A DNA stretch of 63,510 bases, the filler included, from Octopus bimaculoides (taxonomy: Eukaryota), in the NCBI RefSeq assembly GCF_001194135.2. It is 8 parts of 8 records of this genome, joined end to end, with 100 filler letters (N's around TTAATTAATTAA, not from the genome) between each part and the next. Parts side by side here need not be neighbours in the genome. Positions count along the whole stretch, not along the records: positions 1 to 17,330 come from NC_068993.1; 7 more parts are not named here. One strand, 5' to 3'. The translations under genes were made by a program, and so were the position numbers. Below, piece after piece: positions 1 through 11,224 of the stretch. How positions within the stretch are numbered: position 1 is the stretch's first letter; every line of letters begins with the position of its first letter. The notes under the pieces were generated by a model, which did not search any database, had not been told where the DNA came from, and was given only the letters and a program-made list of their open reading frames with translations.

Positions 1-40
<40 letters not shown>

Positions 41-59
41 AGGGATAGAGCGAGAGAGG

Positions 60-480
60 TAATTATGCGGATACACAAATTAGATACAGAAAATATATTA
101 AATATATCAAATACATCAAATACAAAATATGTATATATGTTTATATGCAAAGCGAGAGAAAGCAAAAGGTAGAAACTTTCAGATAATGAATCTTTATGTA
201 TAAATATAAAGATATTTATATTAATAGGTCCAACTTACGCAGCGTGCAAACAGCAGCGAAAATTAAAGGGGTGGAAGAAAGGTGTTAATAAATCCAACAG
301 CTGTTTCTTGGGGCTCGGTAATCCATAATAATGTTGGTAGATTTAGTTCATCACAATATGCAGCCGTACGGATGCAATTAACATTGGGTACGACGAGCAT
401 TCGTCATCAGGGCAGGGAAGATCTTATATTTCAGATCTTAATGCAGAGAAGTTCAAAGATGAACCTGTATTTCAAAGGTT
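60..480 (-). mobile_element. Penelope-like element tail (pseudo-LTR-type) fragment, homologous to 12030-12440
   Basis: Colinear similarity with 12030-12440. Both carry CTGA(T/A)GA and GAAAC-AGCT-GT(T/C) hammerhead half-sites on the minus strand. Confidence 0.5.
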
Positions 481-499
481 CAATCCTGTCATATTTTGT

Positions 500-625
500 G
501 TCACGCTGAACCACTGCGAGAACTACGTCTGTAGAGTGCCCAACCACTGCACGTTAATTTCACTAGGAGGCTGTTCCGTTGATCTGATCAACTGGAATTC
601 CCGTTGTTGTTACCGACGAACTGCT
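500..625 (+). mobile_element. 3' part of tRNA-derived SINE family C
   Basis: cacgttaatttcac..ggctgttccgttgatc..atcaactggaa matches the tail of the full copy at 55102-55476. Confidence 0.7.
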
Positions 626-1106
626 TGTCTTCTACCACTGCCTCAAGCCCGGTAGTAGAGAACTGGTTTGTTTACATCTCCGTATCCCAGACAAGAATAT
701 ACTATTTCATCAAAGCCGAAAAATCTTCGACTATACACACACACACGCAAACACCCCTCCTCACCCACACACATTCACACACACACACGTACGTACACAC
801 ACACACATTTGCATACATATGTATATAGTTACATATTTACAGACAAGCACACACACGTACTCAGATATATTAATTATGATTTTATTGACAGTGACTTCGA
901 AACATCGCTGTCTATTTGAATCATTCCATTCAAACTGTCATTCTTTGATTAAGGAAAATACTGTACAAAATTTCGAAGTCACTGTCAATTAGATTAAAAC
1001 AGACTTCAGACTTTACACGTGTTGAATCCTTTATTCAGTCAACACTTGGTTTTATATACATATTAAGACACTTATTGTTGATTGTGTGAATACGCACACA
1101 TATATA

Positions 1107-1776
1107 GGATCTATTTTAAAACGGGGGCGCCAGTATTTTCTTAACGAAACACTAACGAAACACTTTGAAACTTGGGACACTGGTAGAATGTGTCATATAA
1201 AACATCTTTTACTCTTAGTCTTCTTAACAAAAAAAAAAAGGAATTCGCAAGTTATTCCATGTTAAAGTTGTCGTATTTCTGTAATTTCAACCAATCACTC
1301 ACGTCTATTCAGCTTAATAGAGTTACTGCTGGGCGGTCATAAAAATGTTATTCCCTGTGACATATTTCATCCGGTTTAATCGTAATTTATACGCATATAT
1401 TGTTTATATAATAAATTACGCTGTGCGTATCTATGTGTGTAACAATTTTAGAGTTCGGATTCTAGAGTTAGGGTTAGTTTTAGGGTTAGGGTTACTGTTA
1501 CGGTTACGGTTAACAGTCTAGTTAGGGTTAGGGTTAGGGGATTAATACGATATACACCGTTACAGCGCTAACTGTTTTCAACTGAATAGACGTCAGTGAT
1601 TAGTAGAAATTATCGAAATAAGACAATTTTTTACATGAAATAAATTCGAATACAAAAATATTTTTCTGTTCTATAACACAAAATAGATAAGTATACGAAG
1701 TTTGAAAGTCTTTCCGTACCAAAAACACTACATAAAACATAAATGAAAACTGGCGCCCCCGTTTTAAAATAAATCC
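1107..1776. mobile_element. MITE with 28-bp TIRs, 8-bp TSD and TTAGGG-repeat core (Merlin-like by terminal signature)
   Basis: TIR GGATCTATTTTAAAACGGGGGCGCCAGT (27/28 match to right end). TSD CATATATA at 1099-1106 and 1777-1784. Inner IR at 1284-1312/1582-1610. Degenerate TTAGGG units at 1468-1540. Homologous arms at 53734-54337. Confidence 0.85.
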
Positions 1777-1890
1777 CATATATATATTCATATACGTATA
1801 TTTATACACAGACATACCTGATCACATGTGACACTGTATGACAGATATTTACATGAATATTATATATACATCAGGACTCCCTACACACAC

Positions 1891-1944
<54 letters not shown>

Positions 1945-3149
1945 ATGTGTGTATGTATGTATATATATACACATACATATACGTGTGTTAGCGCGCGCAC
2001 GTGTGTGTTTGTGCGTGCGTGTGTGCTGACTTGGAACTACTAATTCAAGAAATATATCCCGCTGAGATTCTTCCTAAAACTCTGCTAGAACTTGTCATTT
2101 ATCTCCGTCTCTTTGACACTTTCGGTATTTGACAACATTTCACGCCTGTTCTTTAGTTCTTCTTGAATGCTTTGTTCTGCAGGCGGCAGAATTTCTGGGA
2201 ATCTTCAGAAGGAGCCATAGAACAAAGCGCGAATGATCACAAGCCCAATAGAGGCATTCAGACACCTAGTCACGTGATGTTTAATGTATCCTAATTGTTT
2301 TGTTAACCATTTGTTAATACAAAAGGAGAAACAAAATCGTGTCGTTGGCAACGAGTTAGCAGAAGCGTGAGAGAAAGTTTCGCGACATTTCTTCTGATTC
2401 CCTGTTTTATAAGTTTAAATCCGGCCGAAGTCAACTTTGCCTTTCATAAAAATGTCATTTATCGATAAAAAAAAGAAACAAAAAAAAAAACCCTCACTAA
2501 TCCAAAGCAGATGATTGGCGGAACTGTATGGTCATTGGACCGGATGCTGTTCTGTATTTGTAATAGCTTTTTGTGTTATATGTCAAGTCCTGCTATAACC
2601 CCCTTGGATTATGTACTTACATATCCCTCCACCCGGCTTAACACTAAAACCTTGTGCTTTAGGCGCTTTTTGTACCGTCCATCCTATTCATGCACCCGGT
2701 TTCCAGTTAGAGGATCTCTTCACCCCATTCTTACATTCTTCTAGGACCCTGTGTGATGGATCATGGACACTACTTTTCTCCAGACTGAAAAGATACTAAT
2801 GGCCGAGTCAAGAAAATGTTGGTTTACTAGCGGAAGATGGATACTATGGCTCGTATCCTGCTAACAGAGCCACGTTGTTTCTCATGGACAAATACTTGAT
2901 TATTTTAGGCGTCCTCATGTTAAAAATGAATGACAAAGCATTTATGCTGAATTGATAAGAAATCTACAGTAACTACATCCGGATTACACTTTTAAATTTC
3001 AACAAATAATCATTAGAGTATATGGCAGCGTGACTAAATGGTTGAGTGCCAATCATGAAAAGATGGGATTCACGAAAGAGGAAGAACACTTCTAATAAAA
3101 AAATTACAGCTACAATCTGTCAAAAATACTTTCTTTTATTCTTTTAATT

Positions 3150-3348
3150 TTTTATTTGTTTCATTCGTTTGACTGCGGCCATTCTGGAGCACCGCCTTTA
3201 GTCGAACAAATCGACCACAGGACTTGTTCTTTGTAAGCCTATTATTTATTCTATCGTTCTTTTTTGCCGAACCGCTAAGTTACAGAAGCGTAAACACACC
3301 AACATCGGTTGTCAAGCGAATTGGAGTGGGGAGACAAACACACACACA

Positions 3349-3388
<40 letters not shown>

Positions 3389-3616
3389 AATATATATATA
3401 TAACTTACAGAAAAACAAAAGACGAAGACAGGTGTATAAACAACATATATATATTATATACGACAGGCTTCTTTCAGTTTCTGTCTACCAAATCCACTCA
3501 CAAGGTTTTGGTCGGCTCGAGGCTATAGTAGAAGATACTTGCGCAAGGTGCCACGCAATGGGACTGAACCCGGGACCATGTGGTTGGTAAGCAAGCTACT
3601 TACCACACAGCCACAC
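3150..3616 (-). mobile_element. tRNA-derived SINE family A copy
   Basis: Reverse complement of the full copy at 47026-47421 (head gtggctgtgtggtaagtagcttgc..., tail ggcggtgctccag..ggccgcagtcaaa). Confidence 0.9.
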
Positions 3617-3765
3617 TTGGCTGCGTGACTAAATGGTTCGGTGTCAATCTTGAAAAGATGAGATTCACAAAACAGGAAGAACACTTACTGGCAAAATATG
3701 AAAAAAAAAATCTTTCAGACTGAGTGACAGTCTGTAATCTCTCTTTCTCTGTCTATCTTTCGATA

Positions 3766-3819
<54 letters not shown>

Positions 3820-4009
3820 NNNNNNNNNNNNNNNNNNNNNNNNNNNNNNNNNNNNNNNNNNNNNNNNNNNNNNNNNNCACACACAGGGCGTTCGAGCTAT
3901 ATTTGACAGTGTACGTTAAATGAAATGAAAGCACAATAATAACCTATCCCAAAATAAAAGTATTTTCTAAAGTAAAAATCTATCAACAAGATTATGGCTG
4001 GAAGATAAG

Positions 4010-4700
4010 AGTTTCCTCAAAGTATACGCCCCCAGCTTCTACCAGGGCCTGGTGGCAACTCTGGAACCTAGTGCATACGTTCGTCACTGTTTCCTTGATC
4101 TTGGCCACCTGCTCGGTCTTGGTATTATAGACAGAGCGGTCGGTGTCTTTCTCAACTGCGACTCATACAAAGGATTACAATCGGAGGGATTAGGACGCCA
4201 GAAATTTGGGCTGGGGAAGTCGCAGAAATTCCTCGACAACCACTTCTAACCTTTTTCGGAGCAAGGAGCCGAATCCCACTGCCACGCATATAACATAGCA
4301 GCAACCCTCTCCAGTCAGGTTTTGACTAAAGTCTCCAAAACTTTCACATAGCCACTTGAATTGAGCCTAAAGCTCTCTTCAAAGATGTTGGACGGCTTGA
4401 CGTCTCCCTCACTGTAGATACGCCGAAAAACCATCACTTGGTTTTCAGGATGTTTATGTCTCGTCTTACAGTCTTTACAGTATTCAAAGAGCATTTAGCA
4501 GCAGTCATGATGTCGAATTTTGATACCCGATGCGAATCATCATGGTGTAGTTAAGTTTTTTACCTCTATTCAGATGGCTTCCAGCCCTTCAAGTCAGCTT
4601 TCTCTCAACTACAACTTTAATCTTTCCGCTCGCCAACACAGTTCATCGTTCATCCTTCTTTTCCTCACGTGACCATCTTTCTTTTCCTGTTCGGACGTCT
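4010..4700 (-). pseudogene. Degenerate Tc1/mariner (maT/DD37D-like) transposase fragment
   Basis: Minus strand reads ..SEGDVKPSNIFEESFRLNSSGYVKVLETLVKT*LERVAA..AWQWDSAPC..KWLSRNFCDFPSPNFWRPNPSDCNPL. This matches the QQDSAPxH and WPPNSPDxNPLD catalytic motifs, with stops and frameshifts. Confidence 0.8.
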
Positions 4701-4711
4701 AAACGACTAGT

Positions 4712-4852
4712 TGTGTATTAAGAAGCTTGCTTCCCAACCACATGGTTCCGGGTTCAGTCACACTGAATGACACCTTAGGCAAGTATCTTCTTCTGTAGCC
4801 ACGGGCTGACCAAAGCCTTGTGAGTGGATTTGGTAGATGGAAACTGAAAGAA
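4712..4852 (+). mobile_element. SINE family A, 5' half
   Basis: aagcttgcttcccaaccacatggttccgggttcagtc...gtggatttggtagatggaaactgaaag. Confidence 0.85.
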
Positions 4853-5372
4853 TATATATATATATGTATATATATATTTATAATATGGGGGTTTAGTTCA
4901 CAGGTGATCTAAACGACTAGGTACGCTAGGTAAGTGCAGTAACGGACTACTAGGGCTCCAAGATTATAGCCGAGACGGTAGTTATGGAGCCATTGCAGAT
5001 TTCCGATATAGCGGATATATAATTGTCTTACAACTGCTTCTGGGATATCCCAGAGTATGGGATATTCCGTTATCGGAGATAAAAATAGGGAAAATGAGAA
5101 GAATAAAGAATAAAGAAATGACGATGCAGAGGTTAAAGTCCTGATAGTGTAAATATCCAGAAAAAGACGTGTACATATCAACGGTTAATAACAGAATGGA
5201 TTTACGGAGGATTGCACCTCAGGACTTATGGACTTATTTCTATAAGATCGGAAAGTTGAACTGTGAACTGTTATGCTTCTTTTTTCTTCTCTTTTTTCAT
5301 CTCCTTATTCCTTTACTCCTGTCCTTTTTGTCGTCATTTCATTAATCTACATCCTTCTCATTTTCCCTAGTT

Positions 5373-5428
5373 GTCTCTGATGACGGAAGATCCCAAACTC
5401 TGGGATATCCCAGAAACAGCTATAAGAC
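5373..5428 (+). ncRNA. Minimal type I hammerhead ribozyme motif (Penelope-type), slightly degenerate
   Basis: GTCT-CTGATGA-[stem II gatccca/tgggat]-GAAA-C-AGCT-A-TA-AGAC. Stem I is GTCT/AGAC, with a palindromic AGCT tetraloop on stem III. An inverted, more degraded copy lies at 5025-5080. Confidence 0.6.
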
Positions 5429-5509
5429 TTTGAAACTTTTTCCAATAATAATAATGCATAGACTTGAGATGTTTGCCTTGCCTGAACGTTTGTTGTCCTC
5501 TTTAACAAT

Positions 5510-5574
<65 letters not shown>

Positions 5575-5580
<6 letters not shown>

Positions 5581-5790
5581 GTTTTCTCCTCCCTTCATCA
5601 CCACTTGACAACCAACGTTGGTGTGTTTACGTCCCCATAACATAGCGGTTATACACTATTAGACCGACAGAATACGTATTAGGTTTTAAAAAGAAAAAAA
5701 AAAACAGAACTGGGGTCGATTCAATCTACTAAAAGTTCTTCAAGGCGGTGCCCCAGTATTGCTGCATCAAGTGAAAAGATAAAAGATAGC
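5575..5790 (+). mobile_element. SINE family A, 3' half
   Basis: cttgacaaccaacgttggtgtgtttacgtcccc...ggggtcgattc...ggcggtgcccca. Confidence 0.8.
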
Positions 5791-6181
5791 CCCCTCTACT
5801 ATTTTTCTAATAATTCTTGTTTGTAGGTCATAAACATTTATTGGTTTAACGTGTTTGATGTCTGATCTCTTTTTCATCTTCTATATGTGTCACTTGGCAA
5901 AGTTGTGTTTTGCGACTGAAGTAATTTCTAAGGCAGCAAATATACCAAAGTCACCACTATCACTGCTTTGTACTTATCGACATTATTGCGTTGCTTCTAA
6001 AACATTAAATAAATTATTTCTTTCAACATAAGCTTGACGGCATTTGGCATTTCTTCGGTACGTATTTTTTAGTAAATATTTTCTCTACACTCTCCCCCAC
6101 TTTCTTTCTTTCTCTCTGTCTCTGTGTACACGCGTAGACCGCATAGGCATATCTATGAATCTATCTGTCTGTCTGTCAGCC

Positions 6182-6216
<35 letters not shown>

Positions 6217-6768
6217 TCTCTCACTCTCTCTCTCTCTNNNNNNNNNNTCTCTCTCTCTCCCTTCTCTCACTCTCTCTCTCTCTCTCTCTCACTCTCTCAC
6301 TCTCTCTCACTCACTCTCTCCCTCTCTCTCCTTCTGTGTATGTATGTATGTAGGAAGTAAATGACAGAATTTGAGGAGTTATAGAAATAAGAAATAGAGA
6401 TAAATTGCTCTCCGTAGACAAAATACACCAGAAGTTAGCATATTCAAGTTCGAATCTGCCGGAACGTATTATGAATGAATATGTATGTCATTATTTCGTA
6501 TAAGTGTCAGAAGTCAAATTACAATTATTGTAAGTATGTTATATTTTCTGATATTACACACGATGGCATAAGAATACAAAGTTATCTGTCATATGACGGA
6601 TAACAATTACTAAATTACTATACATATTAGATCATACAAAAAGGGACGTAAGGCATTATCCAGCACTCTATTAACTGTAACAGATAACGCTTTCAGTCTT
6701 CTACATTATAATGATTATAATAATGCAAGAAGCATTACATATTCAGAAATCCAGAGAATAACAATCAG

Positions 6769-6945
6769 GTGAGAAAGATGATTGCACATGCAATAGACGC
6801 CAGCATAAAAACTGCTTTGACGAACCACATAACCACGTTCAATAAGAAACTATATATGCAGGTTGAAGGAGCAGCCATTGGTATCGGTGCGGGTAGGGAC
6901 ATGGTTTGCTTCTTCATGATCTGGAGGGACAAAAAAAGGAAAGCA
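6769..6945 (+). pseudogene. Penelope-like reverse transcriptase fragment
   Basis: ALTNHITTFNKKLYMQVEGAAIGIGAGRDMVCFFMIWRDKK resembles the PLE RT segment NHIYxFxxxxYxQxxGGAIG..A..FMxWWD. It is truncated by a SINE at about 6990. Confidence 0.6.
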
Positions 6946-6989
6946 ACTCTTAATGGACACTCTATGGCCATGATACTGGTTTCAATATT

Positions 6990-7165
6990 TGGCACAAGGC
7001 TAGTAGGTTTATGGGAGGGGCCAAGTCGAATACATCGACACCAGTGTTCAACTGGTACTTATTTTATCGCATCCGAAAAGATGGAAGGCAAAGTTGACCT
7101 CGGCAGAACGTAAAGACGGGTCAAATGCTGCTAAGCATTTTGCCCGGCGTGGTAATGTTTCTGCC
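6990..7165 (-). mobile_element. SINE family B copy
   Basis: Reverse complement of ggcagaa.cgttagcacgccgggcgaaatgcttagc...gaggtcaactttgcc..tcgataaaataagtaccag. Confidence 0.85.
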
Positions 7166-8139
7166 AGTTCACCGCTCTCTCTATGGCTGTGTGTGTGTAT
7201 ATATATTTATGTACAGANNNNNNNNNNNNNNNNNNNNNNNNNNNNNNNNNNNNNNNNNNNNNNNNNNNNNNNNNNNNNNNNNNNNNNNNNNNNNNNNNNN
7301 NNNNNNNNNNNNNNNNNNNNNNNNNNNNNNNNNNNNNNNNNNNNNNNNNNNNNNNNNNNNNNNNNNNNNNNNNNNNNNNNNNNNNNNNNNNNNNNNNNNN
7401 NNNNNNNNNNNNNNNNNNNNNNNNNNNNNNNNNNNNNNNNNNNNNNNNNNNNNNNNNNNNNNNNNNNNNNNNNNNNNNNNNNNNNNNNNNNNNNNNNNNN
7501 NNNNNNNNNNNNNNNNNNNNNNNNNNNNNNNNNNNNNNNNNNNNNNNNNNNNNNNNNNNNNNNNNNNNNNNNNNNNNNNNNNNNNNNNNNNNNNNNNNNN
7601 NNNNNNNNNNNNNNNNNNNNNNNNNNNNNNNNNNNNNNNNNNNNNNNNNNNNNNNNNNNNNNNNNNNNNNNNNNNNNNNNNNNNNNNNNNNNNNNNNNNN
7701 NNNNNNNNNNNNNNNNNNNNNNNNNNNNNNNNNNNNNNNNNNNNNNNNNNNNNNNNNNNNNNNNNNNNNNNNNNNNNNNNNNNNNNNNTACAACAGTATC
7801 AGCAGCAAGCAGTGTTTAGGTATAAGAGAACTTTAGGTTAGTTAAAATGTTTGTGACATGTTTTAACTTCTAAAGACAAATTCCTTATAATTACAGTGAA
7901 GACAAAACTCCCTCTTATAGTAAAAAAGTGTAATAACACCATATGTCCAGTGCTTCCCCTGTCAAGTTTCCAAACGCGTTTCAAGCTCCTTTTAGCCGTT
8001 ATCAATGGGAGATAGTGAAGAGAGCTAACTCCGGATAGACTTAATTAAAACTGTAGCTTTAACTAAAACACATACACATCAAGGCATTTTGATCCGGCAT
8101 CCTTGTATCACTTACACGCTTCCATTCTTTATAATAATT

Positions 8140-8335
8140 CTTTCTACTATAGGCACAAAGCCTGACATTTTGAAGGAGAGGGCTAGTTGATTGCATCGAC
8201 CCCAGTTTTCAATTGGTACTTATTTTATCAACCCCCTAAAGAAAGAAAGGCAAAGTCGACCTTGGGCAGCATTTGAACTCAGAGCATAAAGAATTGGATG
8301 AAATGCCAGCGTAATAACGATTCTACCAGCTCACC
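8140..8335 (-). mobile_element. SINE family B copy
   Basis: ttctactataggcacaaag tail, cgaccccag, aggcaaagtcgacc and gaactcag motifs. Confidence 0.8.
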
Positions 8336-8707
8336 GTTTTCCAGTCTTTATAATGCAAATATGATATTTTAGATCATGCACAGAGGATTATTTTGTAGAT
8401 ACGTGATGTGAAATTCTGTCAAAATTTGTATTGCACAACTGGAATATATAACCCTTAGAGAATAAATCGTTTCACTAGTAGCTGTGTAATATGAGATATG
8501 CTAATGAGGTAATAAATATTAAAAAAACAAAACAAAAGGAAAAGGAAGAATAAATATTGGTATGAGAATATGTTGTTTATGAAAGTCAATGCTGACAATC
8601 TATTTAGATTATAGTAATATGATTCTGGCAAAGATACTACGATAGATAAGGAAAAGATGGGAGAGAGATGAAGAGAGTGTGAGAGGGAAAGAAAAGGATA
8701 AAGAGAA

Positions 8708-8785
<78 letters not shown>

Positions 8786-9009
8786 GGACAGATATGGAGA
8801 GAGAATTCACTATTCGGAGTTGGGTATTTTTGCTCATTAAGTAGGCGTTTATTTGTGATTTATGTGCAATATGTGGTTGGCTTGTTAATGGAGTTACTAC
8901 ACAAGTTGGACTAAATTTCATATAGATTTATGATTAAGAGACATAAATTTGTCTTCATTAATATGGCTCCTATATAAAGCCATATCTTCCAGTTCCCTAC
9001 GTTCCATGT

Positions 9010-9920
9010 TCAAATGCCTCTGAGGTCGACTATGCCTTCCATCCTTTCACTCTTGCTAAAATAAGTAACAGTTAAGCACTAAGATCGATGTAATCGATTA
9101 GCCTGGCTCGTCCAAAATTTCAGGCCATGTGCCTATTGTAGGAAGGATTAAACCATTTCGTCTATCTTTACGTTTTGAGTTCAAATTTCACCGAGGTTGA
9201 CTTTAATCCTTTCGTGGTCGATAAAATAAGTACTCGTTGAGCTATAGAGCTATAGATGTAATCGATTAGTGCGTCTTTACTAAAATTTCAGGCTTGATGC
9301 TTTAAGGATTATTAAGAAACATAAATTTGTCTTCGTTAATATGCTCTCTATAAAGAAAGCCGGTGAGCTGGCAGAAACCTTAGCACACCGGGCGAAATGC
9401 TTAGCAGTATTACGGCTGCCGCTACGTTCTGAGTTCAAATTCCGCCGAGGTCGACTTTGCCTTTCAGAGTCGATAAATTAAGTACCAGTGCGTAACTGGG
9501 GTCGATGTAATCGACTTAATCCATTTGTCTCTCCTTGTTTAGCCCCTTGTGGGCAATAAAGAAATAAGAAACGTTAGCACGCCGGGCGAAATGCTTAGCG
9601 GTATTTTGTCTGCCGTTACGTTCTGAGTTCAAATTCCACCGAGGTCGACTTTGCTTTCCTCCTTTCGGGGTCAATAAATTAAGTACCAGTTGCGTACTGA
9701 GGTTGATCTAATCGACTGCCCTCGCCTCCTCCCCCCACGAAAAAATTTCGGACCTTATGCCTAGAGTAGAAAGGAATATGGTTTCTATAAAAATCCATTT
9801 CATCCGGCTCTTCACGGTCTGAGTTCAAATGCCGTCGTAGTTGCCTTTGCTTTTCATTCTTTCAGTTTCGATAAGAAAAATACCAGTTGAGTACTGGCCT
9901 TGTACCAAAATTTGAAACAA
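9010..9920 (+). mobile_element. Cluster of about five SINE family B copies, including a tandem pair at 9355-9780
   Basis: Repeated ttctgagttcaaattccgccgaggtcgactttgcc / gtcgataaattaagtaccag modules. Confidence 0.9.
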
Positions 9921-10899
9921 TATTGTTGGCATAAAAATCAGTAATCTATTCTTTCAGCCTCCTCTTGTGACAAGTCTTTGAATTGCTACTGCTGCTGCTT
10001 CAGGCCCGTCACCAGACTTTGGTGCCTGGTGGAGGTGAGGGAAGCTTCAGAATATTCTGGGTGGGCACTAATTTCTTTTGCGGGTAGACTTTTGTAAACT
10101 GCATTTTCTAAACTTGAGGGTGCACCATTGAATAGTCAGGGGGACAGTACCGTCCAGCGCACTCTCTTAGCGACGGGCATGTGCTGTTTAGCCCCAGGTT
10201 AAATATGATCAAGAAGACTAATGATTAATGGCTAAAGTGTTCCAGCTAGTTTAGGTTAGGGTAGTGAATCTTTGACTACGCTAGTTAAAGTGTCCTTCCA
10301 TTTATAAAATATAGTTTAAGATGATTTTAGCTACTATTTCTAGCAAGTCCATTGCATATAAAGAAGCTCCAAGTTGCCTTGAAAATGTCACCTAATTTAA
10401 ATATAGAAGATCACTTCAGCCGATTAAATTCTTGCTTTGAATTTTCGGAATATTGTTGGAAAAACATTTCCCACTCGATGATCAGGAGAAAACTTCACCT
10501 CAACGTTTCAAGAGAATGGTCATGGCTGGAATAACTTTGATGTTTGAGCCGTGGAAGAGTTAATCAACGACAACAACAACGTCAACGACCTTATGAACAG
10601 TAAAGTATCTAATGGATGTCTCTACCAATTCTTGGCGAACCAAGAATTATTATTTATTAGAGTGGAATTATCCAACCAAAGGTATCAACTCATCTCTAGA
10701 AATCTTAACATGGAATTATCACCAGCAGAATGGTTATTAATGATCCTTCTGTTTCTGTCAAGTAAATCGATTTTTTAATGAATCGGCTCAATTCAAACAA
10801 TTATTATCATCGTGGATTTCTCCCTCGAAAGTTCATCCCTAATATAGCAAGGATCATAGTCTATCGACTAATCCTTCTCTTCAGAGTCANNNNNNNNNN

Positions 10900-11224
10900 C
10901 AGTTGATACGATCAACAGAACAGCCTGCTCGTGAAATTAACGTGCAAGTGGCTGAGCACTCCACAGACACGTGTACGCTTAACGTAGTTCTCGGGGATAT
11001 TCAGCGTGACACAGTGTGACAAGGCTGACCCTTTGAATTACAGGCACAACAGAAACAGGAAGAAAGAGTGAGAGAAAGTTGTAGTAGAAGAGTACAGCAG
11101 GGTTCGCCACCATCCCCCGCCAGAGCCTTGAGGAGCTTTTGGTGTTTTCGTTGAATAAACACTCACAACGCCCGGTCTGGGAATCGAAACCGCGATCCTA
11201 TGACCGTGAGTCCGCTGCCCTAAC
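10900..11224 (-). mobile_element. SINE family C, slightly 5'-truncated
   Basis: Highly similar to 55102-55476, with head ggttagggcagcggactcacggtcataggatcgcggtttcgattccc. Confidence 0.9.

Noticed and set aside
7094-7841. Long ORFs spanning N gaps (also at 12410, 15027, 18636, 23583, 26828, 35012, 39129, 41596, 44215 and 57970)
   Set aside because: Their length comes from N runs translated as X; the flanking residues are microsatellite or SINE sequence.
9355-9780. CRISPR-like repeat-spacer array
   Set aside because: The repeated units are 200-bp SINE copies in a eukaryotic genome, with no regular short repeats or cas genes.
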